Notes: generated by a model from the letters alone, not told the origin. A stretch of DNA of 64,000 nucleotides from Escherichia coli (GCF_013315695.1 NZ_CP054353.1); one strand, 5' to 3'; counted from the first letter of the stretch, positions 10,307 to 21,312 are shown. Program-made: numbers and translations.

Positions 10307-11393
10307 TCTCCTTCAGTCGCGCCACGATAAGTGCCATTTCCCCTTCCGCCACCGTACGCGGATCAAGGCTAAAAACGCCCTGGTGGAGGTTATACCGCCG
10401 TGCATAAATCGCGATATCGCCACCACGCAGTTGCGCTTCGACGACGCGAGCGTCAACTCCCAATTCCTGCGCATTTACTCGAATACGAATACGCCAGATT
10501 GCACGCCCGGCTTCATCCTGCTCAATATCAGCCGTTAACCCGTGAATCGCAGAAATCGCTTCAACCACTGGCTGGAGCTGTTCCGCGGTGATGACTGCCT
10601 GCCCCTGGTGATAATTCTCCAGCGCGTAAACCAGCCCAACCATGTTCTCCTTGCCGATTTTCATCGCCTTGGCAATGCCGTGATGCTGCGCTTTGCAGGC
10701 TGCAATCCAGATTTTTTTACCAGTGATAAACCCGGAGGTCGGCGCGTTAAAGGCTTTTGCGCCGCTGTAGACCACCATATCCGCTCCACTCACCACCCAG
10801 GCACGTAAATCCTCTTCGGCGGCGGCATCGACAATCAGCGGCAGGTTGTACATCTGCGCGACATGTGCGAAGTCCTCGATGTTCAACATTCCCTTCTGCA
10901 CGCAGTGATGCGACTTCACATACAGCAGCGCGGCGGTCGCGTCGGTAATGGCACTCTCCAGCTGCCAGAGAGCCGCCAGGTTACTTGAACCCACCTCCAC
11001 AACGCGCCCGCCACCTAAGCGGATCGCGCTGAGGATCGATGCGCCGTAATCGACGTTATGGCCGCGCAGCATCACCACTTCATTGGCCATGCCGGAGCTA
11101 TCCGGCATGAGCGCCACCCGGGCCTTGTCGCCGCGGGTAATGGCGGCGGCGACAGCGATGGCGATCCCTGCTGAGGCACAGGAGGTAACGTAGCTATCCT
11201 CCGCCCCGGTAAAGCGAGAGACCAGCTCGCCGGTTTTGTCCACCAGCTGGTCAATCTCCACGAAAGAGGATGCCGCGCGCGCGGTGGCCTGCATCACCTC
11301 CAGCGCGACGCTGGAGACGCCGAGAATCGTCATCTTGCCGCAGGCGTTAATCACCTGTTTCAGTCCCAGTTGTTGATAGATATTCTGCGTCAT
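10284..11393 (-). CDS. dgaE: SelA-like PLP-dependent enzyme (D-glucosaminate-6-phosphate ammonia-lyase-like, DgaE-like)
   Basis: 369 aa ORF in operon with mannose-family PTS genes; family assigned by recall. Confidence 0.55.
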   Translation of the reverse strand: MTQNIYQQLGLKQVINACGKMTILGVSSVALEVMQATARAASSFVEIDQLVDKTGELVSRFTGAEDSYVTSCASAGIAIAVAAAITRGDKARVALMPDSSGMANEVVMLRGHNVDYGASILSAIRLGGGRVVEVGSSNLAALWQLESAITDATAALLYVKSHHCVQKGMLNIEDFAHVAQMYNLPLIVDAAAEEDLRAWVVSGADMVVYSGAKAFNAPTSGFITGKKIWIAACKAQHHGIAKAMKIGKENMVGLVYALENYHQGQAVITAEQLQPVVEAISAIHGLTADIEQDEAGRAIWRIRIRVNAQELGVDARVVEAQLRGGDIAIYARRYNLHQGVFSLDPRTVAEGEMALIVARLKEIADHAKD

Positions 11394-11396
11394 GGC

Positions 11397-12254
11397 TTAC
11401 AGCACTCCCAGCAGCGAGCAGACCACGCTCAACGCCACAATCGACAGCAGAATCGTGGTGTAACGCGGACCCTTTTTCACCAAATAGAAGTAGATGGCGA
11501 ACACTGCCGCCAGCGGCAGCAGGCCGGGCGCGATGGAGTCCAGAATCTGCTGTACCACCACTTCAGAGCCTTTCAGTGCGCTAATTTTTAAAGGTGAGGT
11601 TATCTTGACAAAGCTCGCGGATAGCGCGCCCATCATGATAAGCCCCAGTACATTAGCGCCGTAGATAAGCTCCTTGATGCGCCCCCCCTGCAGCAGGCTG
11701 ATAATCGAATCGCGCCCCAGCGTATAGCCCTTGTGCACCATGCCGTAGCTGATTGCCAGCGTAATCGCCGGGTAGAGAATCAGCGGCAAAATACCGCCCA
11801 TCGCGCTGCCATTGGCGGCGAACGGGATAAAAATAGCAATCAACAGCGGCATCACGGCCGCCCAGATGATGGAGTCGCCCATTCCGGCCAGCGGCCCCAT
11901 CAGGCCGGTTTTAATCCCGGTGATAGAGGCATCGTTAATCGCCTCGCCGCGGGTCTTTTGCTCTTCCATGGCGATGGAGATCCCTTGGATCACCGCGCCA
12001 AACGTCTGCTCTGAGTTGAAGAAGTTCAGATGGCGTTTTAACGCCTCCACCTGCTCCTCCTTTTGCGGATAGAGCTTTTTAATAATCGGCGTCATCGAGG
12101 CGCAGAAAATCAGGCTCTGTAAACGCTCATATGAGCTGGAAACTTCCGCGCCAAGCCAGTAGATAAACCACGCTTTGGTGATATCCGCTTTGGTCAGCGC
12201 CCCGGACTCCCGCGCGCGCTCCACCAGTTCATGCTGCATTACGTCGCCGCTCAT
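11397..12254 (-). CDS. dgaD: PTS mannose-family EIID component
   Basis: 285 aa polytopic membrane protein following the EIIC gene. Confidence 0.7.
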   Translation of the reverse strand: MSGDVMQHELVERARESGALTKADITKAWFIYWLGAEVSSSYERLQSLIFCASMTPIIKKLYPQKEEQVEALKRHLNFFNSEQTFGAVIQGISIAMEEQKTRGEAINDASITGIKTGLMGPLAGMGDSIIWAAVMPLLIAIFIPFAANGSAMGGILPLILYPAITLAISYGMVHKGYTLGRDSIISLLQGGRIKELIYGANVLGLIMMGALSASFVKITSPLKISALKGSEVVVQQILDSIAPGLLPLAAVFAIYFYLVKKGPRYTTILLSIVALSVVCSLLGVL

Positions 12255-13003
12255 TATGCCGCTCCTTCATTTTTCGCCAGGCCTTTAATCAGGAAGGCCA
12301 CGCAGGTGCCGAAAATCGCCATCGCCATGATGTCCACCTTGAGGTACAGCACCGCGAAGAATCCGCCGATAAACCACGGCAGTAGGCTCTTTTTACCAAT
12401 CACCATAATGGTGATGGCGAAGCCCAGCGCCGGGAGAATCCCGCCCATGATTTCAAACGAGTGGGTCAGCCAGTGCGGCATCAGCTTGAGGAAACTTTCC
12501 ACTACGTTCTGGCCGAAGTAGTTGGCGGCGAACACCACTGGGAAACGTAGCACCAGCCCCAGCAGCGCCGGGTAGAGAAAGGCGCAGCGCATAATGGCTG
12601 ATATATTGGCCGTTTCCGCGTGTTTATCGGCCATATGCACCCAGGCCGCATTTAGCGTGCGACGCAACTGGTCGAGGAATACGCCGATAACGCCAAATGG
12701 AATCGCCAGTGCAATCGCCAGGTTCGGGTCCATATTGGCCTTAACGGCGATAGGAATGGCGATACAGGCCGCCAGCGCCGGGTCTGACGGCACATTGCCG
12801 CCTGGCGTTGAGGTCACACCCAGATATACCAACTGCATCCCCGCGCCGATAATCATCGCCGCAGGCATGTTGCCGAGCAGCAGGCCGACAAAGACTGCCA
12901 CCACCACTGGCTGTAACAGCATGGCGGAGAAGGTATAGCCAAGGCGCAACCGGGCAAACCAGTAATACAGCCCCATCAGGCTTGCAAAAAGTAAGGTATC
13001 CAT
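12254..13003 (-). CDS. dgaC: PTS mannose-family EIIC component
   Basis: 249 aa polytopic membrane protein. Confidence 0.7.
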   Translation of the reverse strand: MDTLLFASLMGLYYWFARLRLGYTFSAMLLQPVVVAVFVGLLLGNMPAAMIIGAGMQLVYLGVTSTPGGNVPSDPALAACIAIPIAVKANMDPNLAIALAIPFGVIGVFLDQLRRTLNAAWVHMADKHAETANISAIMRCAFLYPALLGLVLRFPVVFAANYFGQNVVESFLKLMPHWLTHSFEIMGGILPALGFAITIMVIGKKSLLPWFIGGFFAVLYLKVDIMAMAIFGTCVAFLIKGLAKNEGAA

Positions 13004-13028
13004 AATTTGTTATCCCATGTTCAGAGGG

Positions 13029-13514
13029 TCAGAATTTTTTCAGGATATCGTCCAGCGACTGCGGCTTATCTTCCGGGATGGTCTGGAAAACAGCCTTAAT
13101 GCCGCGACTTTTCAAATCGTTAAGAATGCCAACGTCTTTTTCATCCAGAGTTATGTTCTGGAACACCGCTTTACGGTTTGGCCCGCCGCCTAAGCCGCCA
13201 ACCTGAATATCAGCCACGTCAAAGCCCTGCTGCACCGCTTCCTGAATCGCCGCCAGCGACGGGAACAGCACCAGCACGTTGCCGTCGCCCAGCTGGTTCT
13301 CTTTCCACGCGGCCGCGAAGCTCTGGTTGCTGAAGCAGTCCACTTTGATATTCGGCGGCGCGGCCATCAGGTAGATATTTTTCATAAACGGATCGGCGTC
13401 CAGCTCGTCGCTGACCACCGCAATACGGTTGGCCTGGGATTGCCCCACCCACTTCGTCACCACCTGTCCGTGGATAAGACGGCTGTCAATGCGACATAAC
13501 ACGATGTTTGCCAT
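13029..13514 (-). CDS. dgaB: PTS mannose-family EIIB component
   Basis: 161 aa; N-terminal MANIVLCRIDSRLIHGQV is the EIIB-Man phosphorylation-site signature. Confidence 0.75.
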   Translation of the reverse strand: MANIVLCRIDSRLIHGQVVTKWVGQSQANRIAVVSDELDADPFMKNIYLMAAPPNIKVDCFSNQSFAAAWKENQLGDGNVLVLFPSLAAIQEAVQQGFDVADIQVGGLGGGPNRKAVFQNITLDEKDVGILNDLKSRGIKAVFQTIPEDKPQSLDDILKKF

Positions 13515-13524
13515 ACGATTTTCC

Positions 13525-13953
13525 TTACTGTTGTAATTGACGAATATGGGAGACGACGTCCAGGCAACTGTTGCGCCCAGCTTCCACCAGATCGGCCACG
13601 CAGGCGGTCAGTGGGCCATGTTCGCGCTTGTCCAGCGCCTCCAGCAGCAGCGAGGCATTAAGCCCGGAGATCACCGCCACCGGATAATCGGCGCTCAGCC
13701 GCGCCGCCACGTTAGAGGTGGTGCCGCCGATAAAATCGGTCACGATAAGAGAACCTTCTGGCATGGTTTTCACCACGGCTTCGACGCGCTGGTAAAACTC
13801 GCCCAGCGTATCGACAGGCATCAGCGCGATTTCCGTCACGCCTTCGATTTCGCCCATCACCATGCGCAGACTGTTGCAGAGCTGCAGCCCCCAGCCGCCG
13901 TGAGTTAGCAGCAGAATTTCAGGTAACGGATGAATAGGTACAGTTGTGGTCAA
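13525..13953 (-). CDS. dgaA: PTS mannose-family EIIA component
   Basis: 142 aa; apparent TTG start preceded by AGGAGG Shine-Dalgarno; first gene after the sigma-54 promoter. Confidence 0.7.
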   Translation of the reverse strand: MTTTVPIHPLPEILLLTHGGWGLQLCNSLRMVMGEIEGVTEIALMPVDTLGEFYQRVEAVVKTMPEGSLIVTDFIGGTTSNVAARLSADYPVAVISGLNASLLLEALDKREHGPLTACVADLVEAGRNSCLDVVSHIRQLQQ

Positions 13954-13991
13954 AATAGCCTCCTTTGCTCCAGTGTTTACATTTCATCAGG

Positions 13992-14007
13992 AGCAAAGGA
14001 CGTGCCA
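13992..14007 (-). promoter_or_regulatory. Sigma-54 (RpoN) -24/-12 promoter TGGCAC-N5-TTGCT driving the PTS operon
   Basis: Minus strand reads TGGCACGTCCTTTGCT, an exact match to the GG-N10-GC consensus, about 40 bp upstream of the dgaA start and just downstream of the sigma-54 activator gene. Confidence 0.8.
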
Positions 14008-14071
14008 GAATTTGTGTCACGCACAGAGGAAATGAGATTGGATGGGGCGTTAAGCCCCGTAAACCAGGGGA

Positions 14072-16912
14072 TCAGCTGTAGAGCAGTTCGTAGATATAAA
14101 AATATTCTGCGTCCGATAAACGGATAGCGTAAGCCTCTTCAATCGGCAAAAAGGAGGATTTGATGACGCTAAAGGCACGAGCGTCCAGATCAAGCCGGTT
14201 TTCTAGCGCCATCTGTAACGGTTTGCGGTTAATCACGATACGCTCGACCATGCAGCAGCAGTGGATCAGAAAACGTAGTGTCACCTGGCGGCTCGGTTTC
14301 AGGGAGAGCGTGTTGGTTAAGTGGTTCAGAACGTCCTCGATCTCTTTCAGAATTCGCTGCGGGTTGAGCACCGAAATATGGTTGATGATGCTCTCCATGG
14401 TCAGCGCGCTGATAAAACGCATGGCGCTGCGCTCCATCTCCAGTCGGCGCTCGCTGCTTGAGAGATCCGGCGTCAGCAGGCTGAGCACCAGCTCTGGCCC
14501 TTGCTCGGAAAACAGTTCCTCCAGCGAGATAAACGGTATATCCGGCAGTCCCGGCTGGAAGGTGCCGACGATCCCTGCCAGCCGTTCACTGGCATTAAGC
14601 GCCTGCTGAATACGCTCCAGGCTGCGCACCTCGTTATAGTCGAGAATCACCATACGCGTGTCCTGCGACATCAGCTCGCCAAAGCTCTCCTCCAGCACCT
14701 TTTTGATCTTTTCCGCCGTCCCCATTCCGGTTATACATGAGATAACCAGCACTTTGCCACCGCTCTCTTGCTGCGGCGTGCAGAGCCGACAAGGGATATT
14801 TTTACTCTGCATAAGCACAGCCAATTGCGATAGATCGCCAGTTTCGTAGCTTAAATCCAGCCCCACCTCCAGCAGGCTGGTCAGAGTGATATTTGGCAAC
14901 AACAGAACGTCAATCTGGAACAGCTTGCTGATGGTGCTGCCAAAATGGACCAGCGATCCGATATCCACCATCAGTATCAGCCGCTGCCAGCACCGGTCCT
15001 GAATCATCCGGGTCAGGGTTTCCAGGGTGTCATGCACCGACTGCTCAAATGGCATATCAATTGCGTAGAACAGATCGCGCTCCAGCACCCGATTCACATA
15101 TTGCGCCTGGCTCGTTGCGGTGGTCGCACCGTGAGCGATTAGAATCACGCCGCAATCCGGGCTGGTGTCGATGCGCTGGCGGTAGTGGCGACACTCTTTC
15201 AGGAACAGGCACAGCCAGACCACCTCCGTCGCCGGGCACTGAATATGCAACAACTCATTGATTTTGCGGCACAGAAGTGTCGCATTGTCATACTCATCTT
15301 TACAGCGATCCAGAATCAGGCTGGATGAATAGAGTTGAGGTATAAGCCCTCGCCGCACATAGCCAATCAGCGCAAGAAAGTGTTTACGTAACGGGTTCGC
15401 CAGGTTTTCTGGCAATGTAAATCCTAATACCTGCTCCACGTAACCGATCAGCAGCGTCACACGCTCCTCAATTTGATCGCCATAGCGCGGTGGATGCGCC
15501 GCACTATGGCGGCTATAAAGACCATATTCAAAAATCGAACTGAGTTTGTTTTTCAGGATAGCCAGCGTTTCTGCGGGCGGCACGTTACTGTTGCGCAGAT
15601 TGACATATTCACGAGTCAGGAAACTGTAAAACAGGTCGCTCTCTTCTATTTCCGCGCTGGTCGCCAACGAATTTTTTAACGCGGGCAACGTACGCGCATC
15701 CACGTTCAGACGATCTTTACCACCAAACAACGCATCGACCAGCAGACGCTGCTCTGGCGTGGTATTAAACGACATCTCCGCCAGTCGTTTATCTAACTCT
15801 AGCGTATCATTACGCTCGGTCATTCCCGACGCCCACGCCTGCGCGCACAAGAACTGAATATCACTTTTAAGCTGGCCGATATTGCCTTCCAGGGATTTAC
15901 TTAACAACCAATGCAAGAGCGTTTTATCAAGGCTTATGGTACGTTCAATTTTACGACTTTCACGCTGAAAGAAGCTTACAATCAATTCGAGCTGCTCCTC
16001 GACCGAACGCTGGCGAATACCCGGTAAGTCAATACATACCTGGATACGCCGCTGGAAGGTACGCAATAGTGCCGAGTTGACCGACTCTGTAGTGGCGCAA
16101 ATAAGGCGCACCGAAATTGAATATGTTGGCCCACTTGAACCAAGTGGGCGGTATTCACCTTTATCGAGAATAGAAAAGAGCTTCTCTTGTCCTTCGTACG
16201 GGAGGCGATGCACTTCATCCAGAAGTAAATAGCCTCCGTCAGCTTGCTCCACCAATCCCGTTTTATTCTCACTTGCCCCGGTAAATGCCCCCTTATGGTG
16301 ACCAAACAGATGTGAGGAAAGCAACTCCGGATTATGAGCATATTCGGCACAGTTAAAGTAAACCAACGGAGGTAGCGAACCTATGGTGTGCTTGCAAGCG
16401 AAGCAATGCATTAACTCAGCAAAGAATGTTTTGCCAACACCAGATGCCCCGGTTAACAGCACATGTAGTCCGTGGGGATAGAGCACCGCTGCGCGGCCTT
16501 TTTCTACCGCATCACGGAGACTACGGTCGTATCCGATAAGTCCGGAAAACGGATCATCATCTGTATATTTTTCTTTCTTTGGCAATAAACTAGCCACTGA
16601 ATGAACTATGCATTCGCAATCATCCAGTTTTCGATTAATGAGCAATTCTAGTGCGTGACGATGTAGAAAAAAAACAGGACGTCCCTGACTTTTTACCACC
16701 AGGCCTTCATTCCATAATTGATTAAGATCTTTACTAACCGAGTTGCGTGCCAGCCCAAGGTTAAAACCAATCGCCTCAGCAGTAAATGCTTTCTCCTTCG
16801 CTAAATCAGACAGTTCCAGCCCATACGTCAGCCGCTCCAGCTCCTTGTGAATAACATCAATCCGTCTCATTTCTTTACCGCTTAAAAAACAATAGTTGTT
16901 CAGAACATACAC
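14072..16912 (-). CDS. dgaR: Sigma-54-dependent transcriptional activator with PTS regulation domains (LevR/DgaR-like)
   Basis: 946 aa ORF; AAA+ sigma-54 interaction domain with Walker A (GASGVGKT) and GAFTGA motif; long C-terminal region consistent with PRD/EIIA-like domains. Confidence 0.8.
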   Translation of the reverse strand: MYVLNNYCFLSGKEMRRIDVIHKELERLTYGLELSDLAKEKAFTAEAIGFNLGLARNSVSKDLNQLWNEGLVVKSQGRPVFFLHRHALELLINRKLDDCECIVHSVASLLPKKEKYTDDDPFSGLIGYDRSLRDAVEKGRAAVLYPHGLHVLLTGASGVGKTFFAELMHCFACKHTIGSLPPLVYFNCAEYAHNPELLSSHLFGHHKGAFTGASENKTGLVEQADGGYLLLDEVHRLPYEGQEKLFSILDKGEYRPLGSSGPTYSISVRLICATTESVNSALLRTFQRRIQVCIDLPGIRQRSVEEQLELIVSFFQRESRKIERTISLDKTLLHWLLSKSLEGNIGQLKSDIQFLCAQAWASGMTERNDTLELDKRLAEMSFNTTPEQRLLVDALFGGKDRLNVDARTLPALKNSLATSAEIEESDLFYSFLTREYVNLRNSNVPPAETLAILKNKLSSIFEYGLYSRHSAAHPPRYGDQIEERVTLLIGYVEQVLGFTLPENLANPLRKHFLALIGYVRRGLIPQLYSSSLILDRCKDEYDNATLLCRKINELLHIQCPATEVVWLCLFLKECRHYRQRIDTSPDCGVILIAHGATTATSQAQYVNRVLERDLFYAIDMPFEQSVHDTLETLTRMIQDRCWQRLILMVDIGSLVHFGSTISKLFQIDVLLLPNITLTSLLEVGLDLSYETGDLSQLAVLMQSKNIPCRLCTPQQESGGKVLVISCITGMGTAEKIKKVLEESFGELMSQDTRMVILDYNEVRSLERIQQALNASERLAGIVGTFQPGLPDIPFISLEELFSEQGPELVLSLLTPDLSSSERRLEMERSAMRFISALTMESIINHISVLNPQRILKEIEDVLNHLTNTLSLKPSRQVTLRFLIHCCCMVERIVINRKPLQMALENRLDLDARAFSVIKSSFLPIEEAYAIRLSDAEYFYIYELLYS

Positions 16913-17127
16913 TATTTGTAAACGTAAGAATGAGAACTACCGGGAAGAATTAATGTTCCTTGTGGCAATCTGGTTTCTGAATATTCGTGTTTTAAATATT
17001 ACTTATGGTCTGAAACAACCAGGCAGGTGAACAGAGCTAAGAAAAAGTCGCGTAGAAATATAAAAACATATATCGCACTGATGAATGTTTCCCGGCATGA
17101 CATACACACCGGGAAATATTTAGTAAA

Positions 17128-18048
17128 TTACTCGCCCTTTTTCGCCGCCTGAATATACAGCATTTCCAGCGCCAGCGTCGCCGCAGCCAGAGCGGTGATT
17201 TCCGACTGATCGTATGCCGGAGCCACTTCCACTACGTCCATCCCAACAATGTTGAGATCTTTCAGGCCGCGTACCAGTTTAATAGCGCGATCGGAGGTCA
17301 GGCCGCCAATTACTGGCGTACCGGTTCCCGGCGCGAAAGCAGGATCCAGGCAGTCGATATCAAAGGTCAGGTAAACCGGCATATCACCTACAATCTGTTT
17401 CACCTGAGCGATAACGTCATCCACGCTGCGATCGTTCACCTGGCAGGCGTCCAGCACGGTAAAACCGTTGTCTTTATCAAACTCGGTACGAATACCAATC
17501 TGCACGGAATGATTCGGGTCGATCAGACCTTCTTTCGGCGCGGTATAGAACATGGTGCCGTGGTCAAATTCACAACCGTTCGCATAGGTGTCGGTGTGGG
17601 CGTCAAAGTGTACCAGCGCCATTTTGCCGAAATGCTTCGCATGAGCACGCAGCAGCGGCAGCGTAACAAAGTGGTCACCACCGAAGGAGAGCATACGCTT
17701 ACCGGCAGCCAGCAGCTTCTCGGCGTGCGCCTGCAGCTTCTCGCTCATCTCACGGGCATCGCCGAAGGCATATACCAGATCGCCGCAGTCCACGACGTTC
17801 AGGCGCTCACGCATGTCGAAATTCCACGGGAAGCGATTGTGTTCCCAGGCCAGATTCGTCGAAACCTGACGGATCGCTGCCGGACCGTGGCGACCACCCG
17901 CACGACCAGAAGTGGCCATATCGAACGGCACGCCAGTAATCACCCAGTCAGCATCGCTGTCATATGGCTGGAAGTTCATCGGCAGGCGTAAAAAACCAAA
18001 GGCGTTGGAAACCAGTGAGTTATCGTATTGATGACCTAAGGTGCTCAT
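17128..18048 (-). CDS. speB: Agmatinase
   Basis: 306 aa; ureohydrolase motifs (GGDH, DAHTD). Confidence 0.95.
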   Translation of the reverse strand: MSTLGHQYDNSLVSNAFGFLRLPMNFQPYDSDADWVITGVPFDMATSGRAGGRHGPAAIRQVSTNLAWEHNRFPWNFDMRERLNVVDCGDLVYAFGDAREMSEKLQAHAEKLLAAGKRMLSFGGDHFVTLPLLRAHAKHFGKMALVHFDAHTDTYANGCEFDHGTMFYTAPKEGLIDPNHSVQIGIRTEFDKDNGFTVLDACQVNDRSVDDVIAQVKQIVGDMPVYLTFDIDCLDPAFAPGTGTPVIGGLTSDRAIKLVRGLKDLNIVGMDVVEVAPAYDQSEITALAAATLALEMLYIQAAKKGE

Positions 18049-18183
18049 GGATGGACTCCTATTACAAAGTCGATATAAAAAAACCCTTCCGCGTCGTTAG
18101 GCCCGACGAGGAAGGGTTGGATTTGCGAAACACAAGTTTGCGCTAATTATCGCCTTAAATGGACGAGGCATCAAGCGAGGTTG

Positions 18184-18915
18184 CTATTTCCGACACGGTG
18201 GCGGCGCATAGCCATTGTTGTCCGCCGGAAAGGCTTGTCCAGAGCACGGCGGCAGCGCGTTTTGCGCCGGGCCTTGTAATTCAAAGGCGGCAAAGCCGAT
18301 TACACCGGTATTACGCACATCGCCTTGCGCCGAATTGGCTGCGTAGGAATCAGCAACGTTGGCGAACTGAAAAGCCGCTTCGGTATGTTTATCTTTGCGG
18401 AATCCTTTAATCGCTAACGAATCTCCGGCATTCACAATATAGCCGTTGTTATTCAGCGAACCTTGCTTGCCGTTCAGCACATCCAGGCCATCAACCGTAG
18501 CAACGATCTCGTAGTTGGTATTACGACTGTAATTGCGGACATATAATTGATAATTCATTCCTACTCTGGCATGGACAATATAGCGTGGTTCATTATTGGA
18601 TGAATCATAAACCCGCGTAATAGGTAGAGAATTAAAATTACCATCGCGAATAGCATATTCCAGTTCGTTAATACGAATGCTATAAACGCGGTCGTAGCCC
18701 GAAGGAACAGTAGTCGAATAACTAATAACGATCATCTCTGCCGGATCGCGCCAGGCTCGCTCAGCAGATACGCCCTGAACCGATGAGTGCACATCCCCAC
18801 CCCAGGCGGTGCCGACATTGCCCGATGTACTGCTATTATACTGCGCATTACTGGAACAACCGGCCAGCAGCACGGCTAATGCTATCAACGCGCTACGTAC
18901 TTTCCATTTTTTCAT
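18184..18915 (-). CDS. Predicted lipoprotein of unknown function
   Basis: 243 aa; signal peptide with lipobox LLAGC; RBS GAGGGA upstream; flanked by AT-rich sequence. Confidence 0.6.
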   Translation of the reverse strand: MKKWKVRSALIALAVLLAGCSSNAQYNSSTSGNVGTAWGGDVHSSVQGVSAERAWRDPAEMIVISYSTTVPSGYDRVYSIRINELEYAIRDGNFNSLPITRVYDSSNNEPRYIVHARVGMNYQLYVRNYSRNTNYEIVATVDGLDVLNGKQGSLNNNGYIVNAGDSLAIKGFRKDKHTEAAFQFANVADSYAANSAQGDVRNTGVIGFAAFELQGPAQNALPPCSGQAFPADNNGYAPPPCRK

Positions 18916-19060
18916 AACCGTTCCCTCTGCATTTAATTAATGCAGCGATTGTAGGGGGATTATTTAATAAGAAAAGCAGCTAAATTATTTTTAAGAATAT
19001 ATAAAAAGAAAGCGGGCCGATTTACGTAAATAAATCGACCCGCCAGCGGAATAATCTTAA

Positions 19061-21037
19061 TTATTCATCTTCAAGATAGGTATAACCGTACAAACCTGCC
19101 TCGAACTCTTCAAGGAACTGTTGTTGCAGTTCAGCATCAAGATCGGTTTTCTTCACTTGATCACGGAACTGGGTTAACAACGTTTTCGGATCGAGCTGTA
19201 CATATTGCAGCATATCCGCCACGGTATCGCCTTCGTCAGACAGTTCTACTTCTACGCTGCCGTCAGGGAAGACGAACACGTCAACCGCTTCGGTATCACC
19301 GAACAGGTTGTGCATGTTGCCGAGGATCTCCTGATATGCGCCGACCATGAAGAAACCGAGCATCGGCGGATTCTCTGGATCGTACTCCGGCATTGGCATT
19401 GTCGTGGCAATACCATCACCATCAATATAGTGATCAATAGCACCGTCAGAGTCACAGGTAATATCCAGCAGCACAGCGCGGCGTTCCGGCACTTGATCCA
19501 ACCCTTCCAGCGGCAGAACCGGGAACAACTGGTCGATCCCCCACGCATCCGGCATCGACTGGAACAGCGAGAAGTTGACGTACATTTTGTCCGCCATACG
19601 TTCCTGCAGCTCGTCGATAATCGGACGATGAGCACGGTTTTGCGGATCCAGCTGCTTTTGCACTTCATGGCACATGCTCAAATAAAGCTGCTCAGCCCAT
19701 GCGCGTTCTTGCAGGCTAAAGGTGCCGGAAGAGTAGCCGATATGAATATCGTGCAGATCCATCTGGCTGTCGTGTAACCATTCACGCAGAGAACGGCGAG
19801 TTCCCGGTTCGTGCATCTCCTGCCAGGTTTCCCACATGCTTTGCAGGGCGCGCGGTGCGTCTTCTGCAGGCGCGGTCGGCACCGTGTATTCGTTACGTTC
19901 CACGCCGATGATATTCGACACCAGCACGGTGTGATGCGCAGTCACCGCACGACCCGACTCGGTGATTACCGTCGGATGTGGCAGACCATTTTCTTCACAC
20001 GCATCACCAATCGCCCAGATGATGTTGTTGGCGTATTCATTGAGGCCGTAGTTCACCGAACAGTCGGACTGCGAACGGGTGCCTTCATAGTCCACGCCCA
20101 GACCGCCGCCGACGTCGAAGCACTGAATATTGACGCCCAGCTTGTGCAGCTCAACATAGAAACGCGCGGATTCACGAACGCCTGTCGCGATATCGCGAAT
20201 ATTCGCCATCTGCGAACCGAGGTGGAAGTGCAGCAGTTGCAGGCTGTCGAGACGCCCGGCTTCACGCAGCGTTTCAACCAGTTGCAGTACCTGAGTCGCC
20301 GCCAGGCCAAACTTCGATTTTTCCCCGCCGGAGGACTGCCATTTACCCGAGCCCTGCGAAGCCAGACGTGCACGCACGCCCAGACGAGGAACGACATTCA
20401 GACGTTCTGCTTCATCCAGCACAATGGCAATTTCTGACATCTTCTCAATGACCAGATAGACCTTGTGGCCCATCTTCTCGCCAATTAATGCCAGGCGGAT
20501 ATATTCGCGGTCCTTATAACCGTTGCAGACGATGACGCTACGGGTCATGCCAGCATGTGCCAGCACTGCCATCAACTCCGCTTTGGAACCGGCTTCCAGA
20601 CCCAGCGGTTCGCCCGAATGAATCAGGGACTCAATCACGCGACGGTGCTGGTTAACTTTGATCGGATAAACAAGGAAGTAATCGCCGTTATAGCCGTAGG
20701 ATTCCCGCGCACGTTTGAACGCGGCGTTAATGGAACGCAAACGGTGCTGCAGGATCTGTGGGAAACAGAACAGTGCAGGCAGACGCTGACCCTGTGCTTC
20801 GCGAGTTTTCACTAACTGCGCGAGATCGACGCGAGCTTCCGGGACGTCCGGGTCCGGGCACACGCTAATGTGGCCCAGCTCGTTAACGTCATAGTAGTTA
20901 TTGCCCCACCAGGCAATATTGTAAGTACGCAGCATCTTGCTGGCTTCCTGGGAGCTCATTGCAACCTCCTGCATGGAGCGTAGTACACCGTGTTCGCCCG
21001 CTGACGAAGGCAAACCCATAGACATGTCGTCAGACAT
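19061..21037 (-). CDS. speA: Biosynthetic arginine decarboxylase
   Basis: 658 aa from [12 protein letters not shown]...; PLP-dependent decarboxylase recognised by sequence. Confidence 0.95.
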
Positions 21038-21045
21038 AGCGAACC

Positions 21046-21177
21046 TCAAATTATTTTATTAAGTGTAAAACAGTTAACGACTATCGCAGCCTGGAACTGC
21101 GATAACAACCCATAAGCACATGGATTTTCCAGCAGTGAATGCTGACGCTCCAACTGCGCAACCGGTTTCTTTTTCAT
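21046..21177 (-). CDS. yqgB: Small protein YqgB (43 aa) immediately upstream of speA
   Basis: Minus-strand [46 protein letters not shown] reconstructed by hand; below the ORF-track length cut-off. Confidence 0.6.
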
Positions 21178-21312
21178 AACATTATTAAGCACATAACCGA
21201 ACGTAAGTGTGACAGTTCGGCGAAACCACGAGAAAACTCTTGTTTTTACAAGAGCGCCCTTGTTCAGTCCTCAGTAGCTGTAACCAGCTCTTGAATCCTG
21301 AGAAGCGCCGAG

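Noticed and set aside
12594-12938. 114 aa plus-strand ORF
   Set aside because: Antisense within the PTS EIIC gene.
17509-17991. 160 aa plus-strand ORF
   Set aside because: Antisense overlap with speB; no independent signals.
19205-20437. 190, 138, 208 and 114 aa ORFs overlapping speA
   Set aside because: All lie within the speA coding region in alternative frames or antisense; speA identity is unambiguous.
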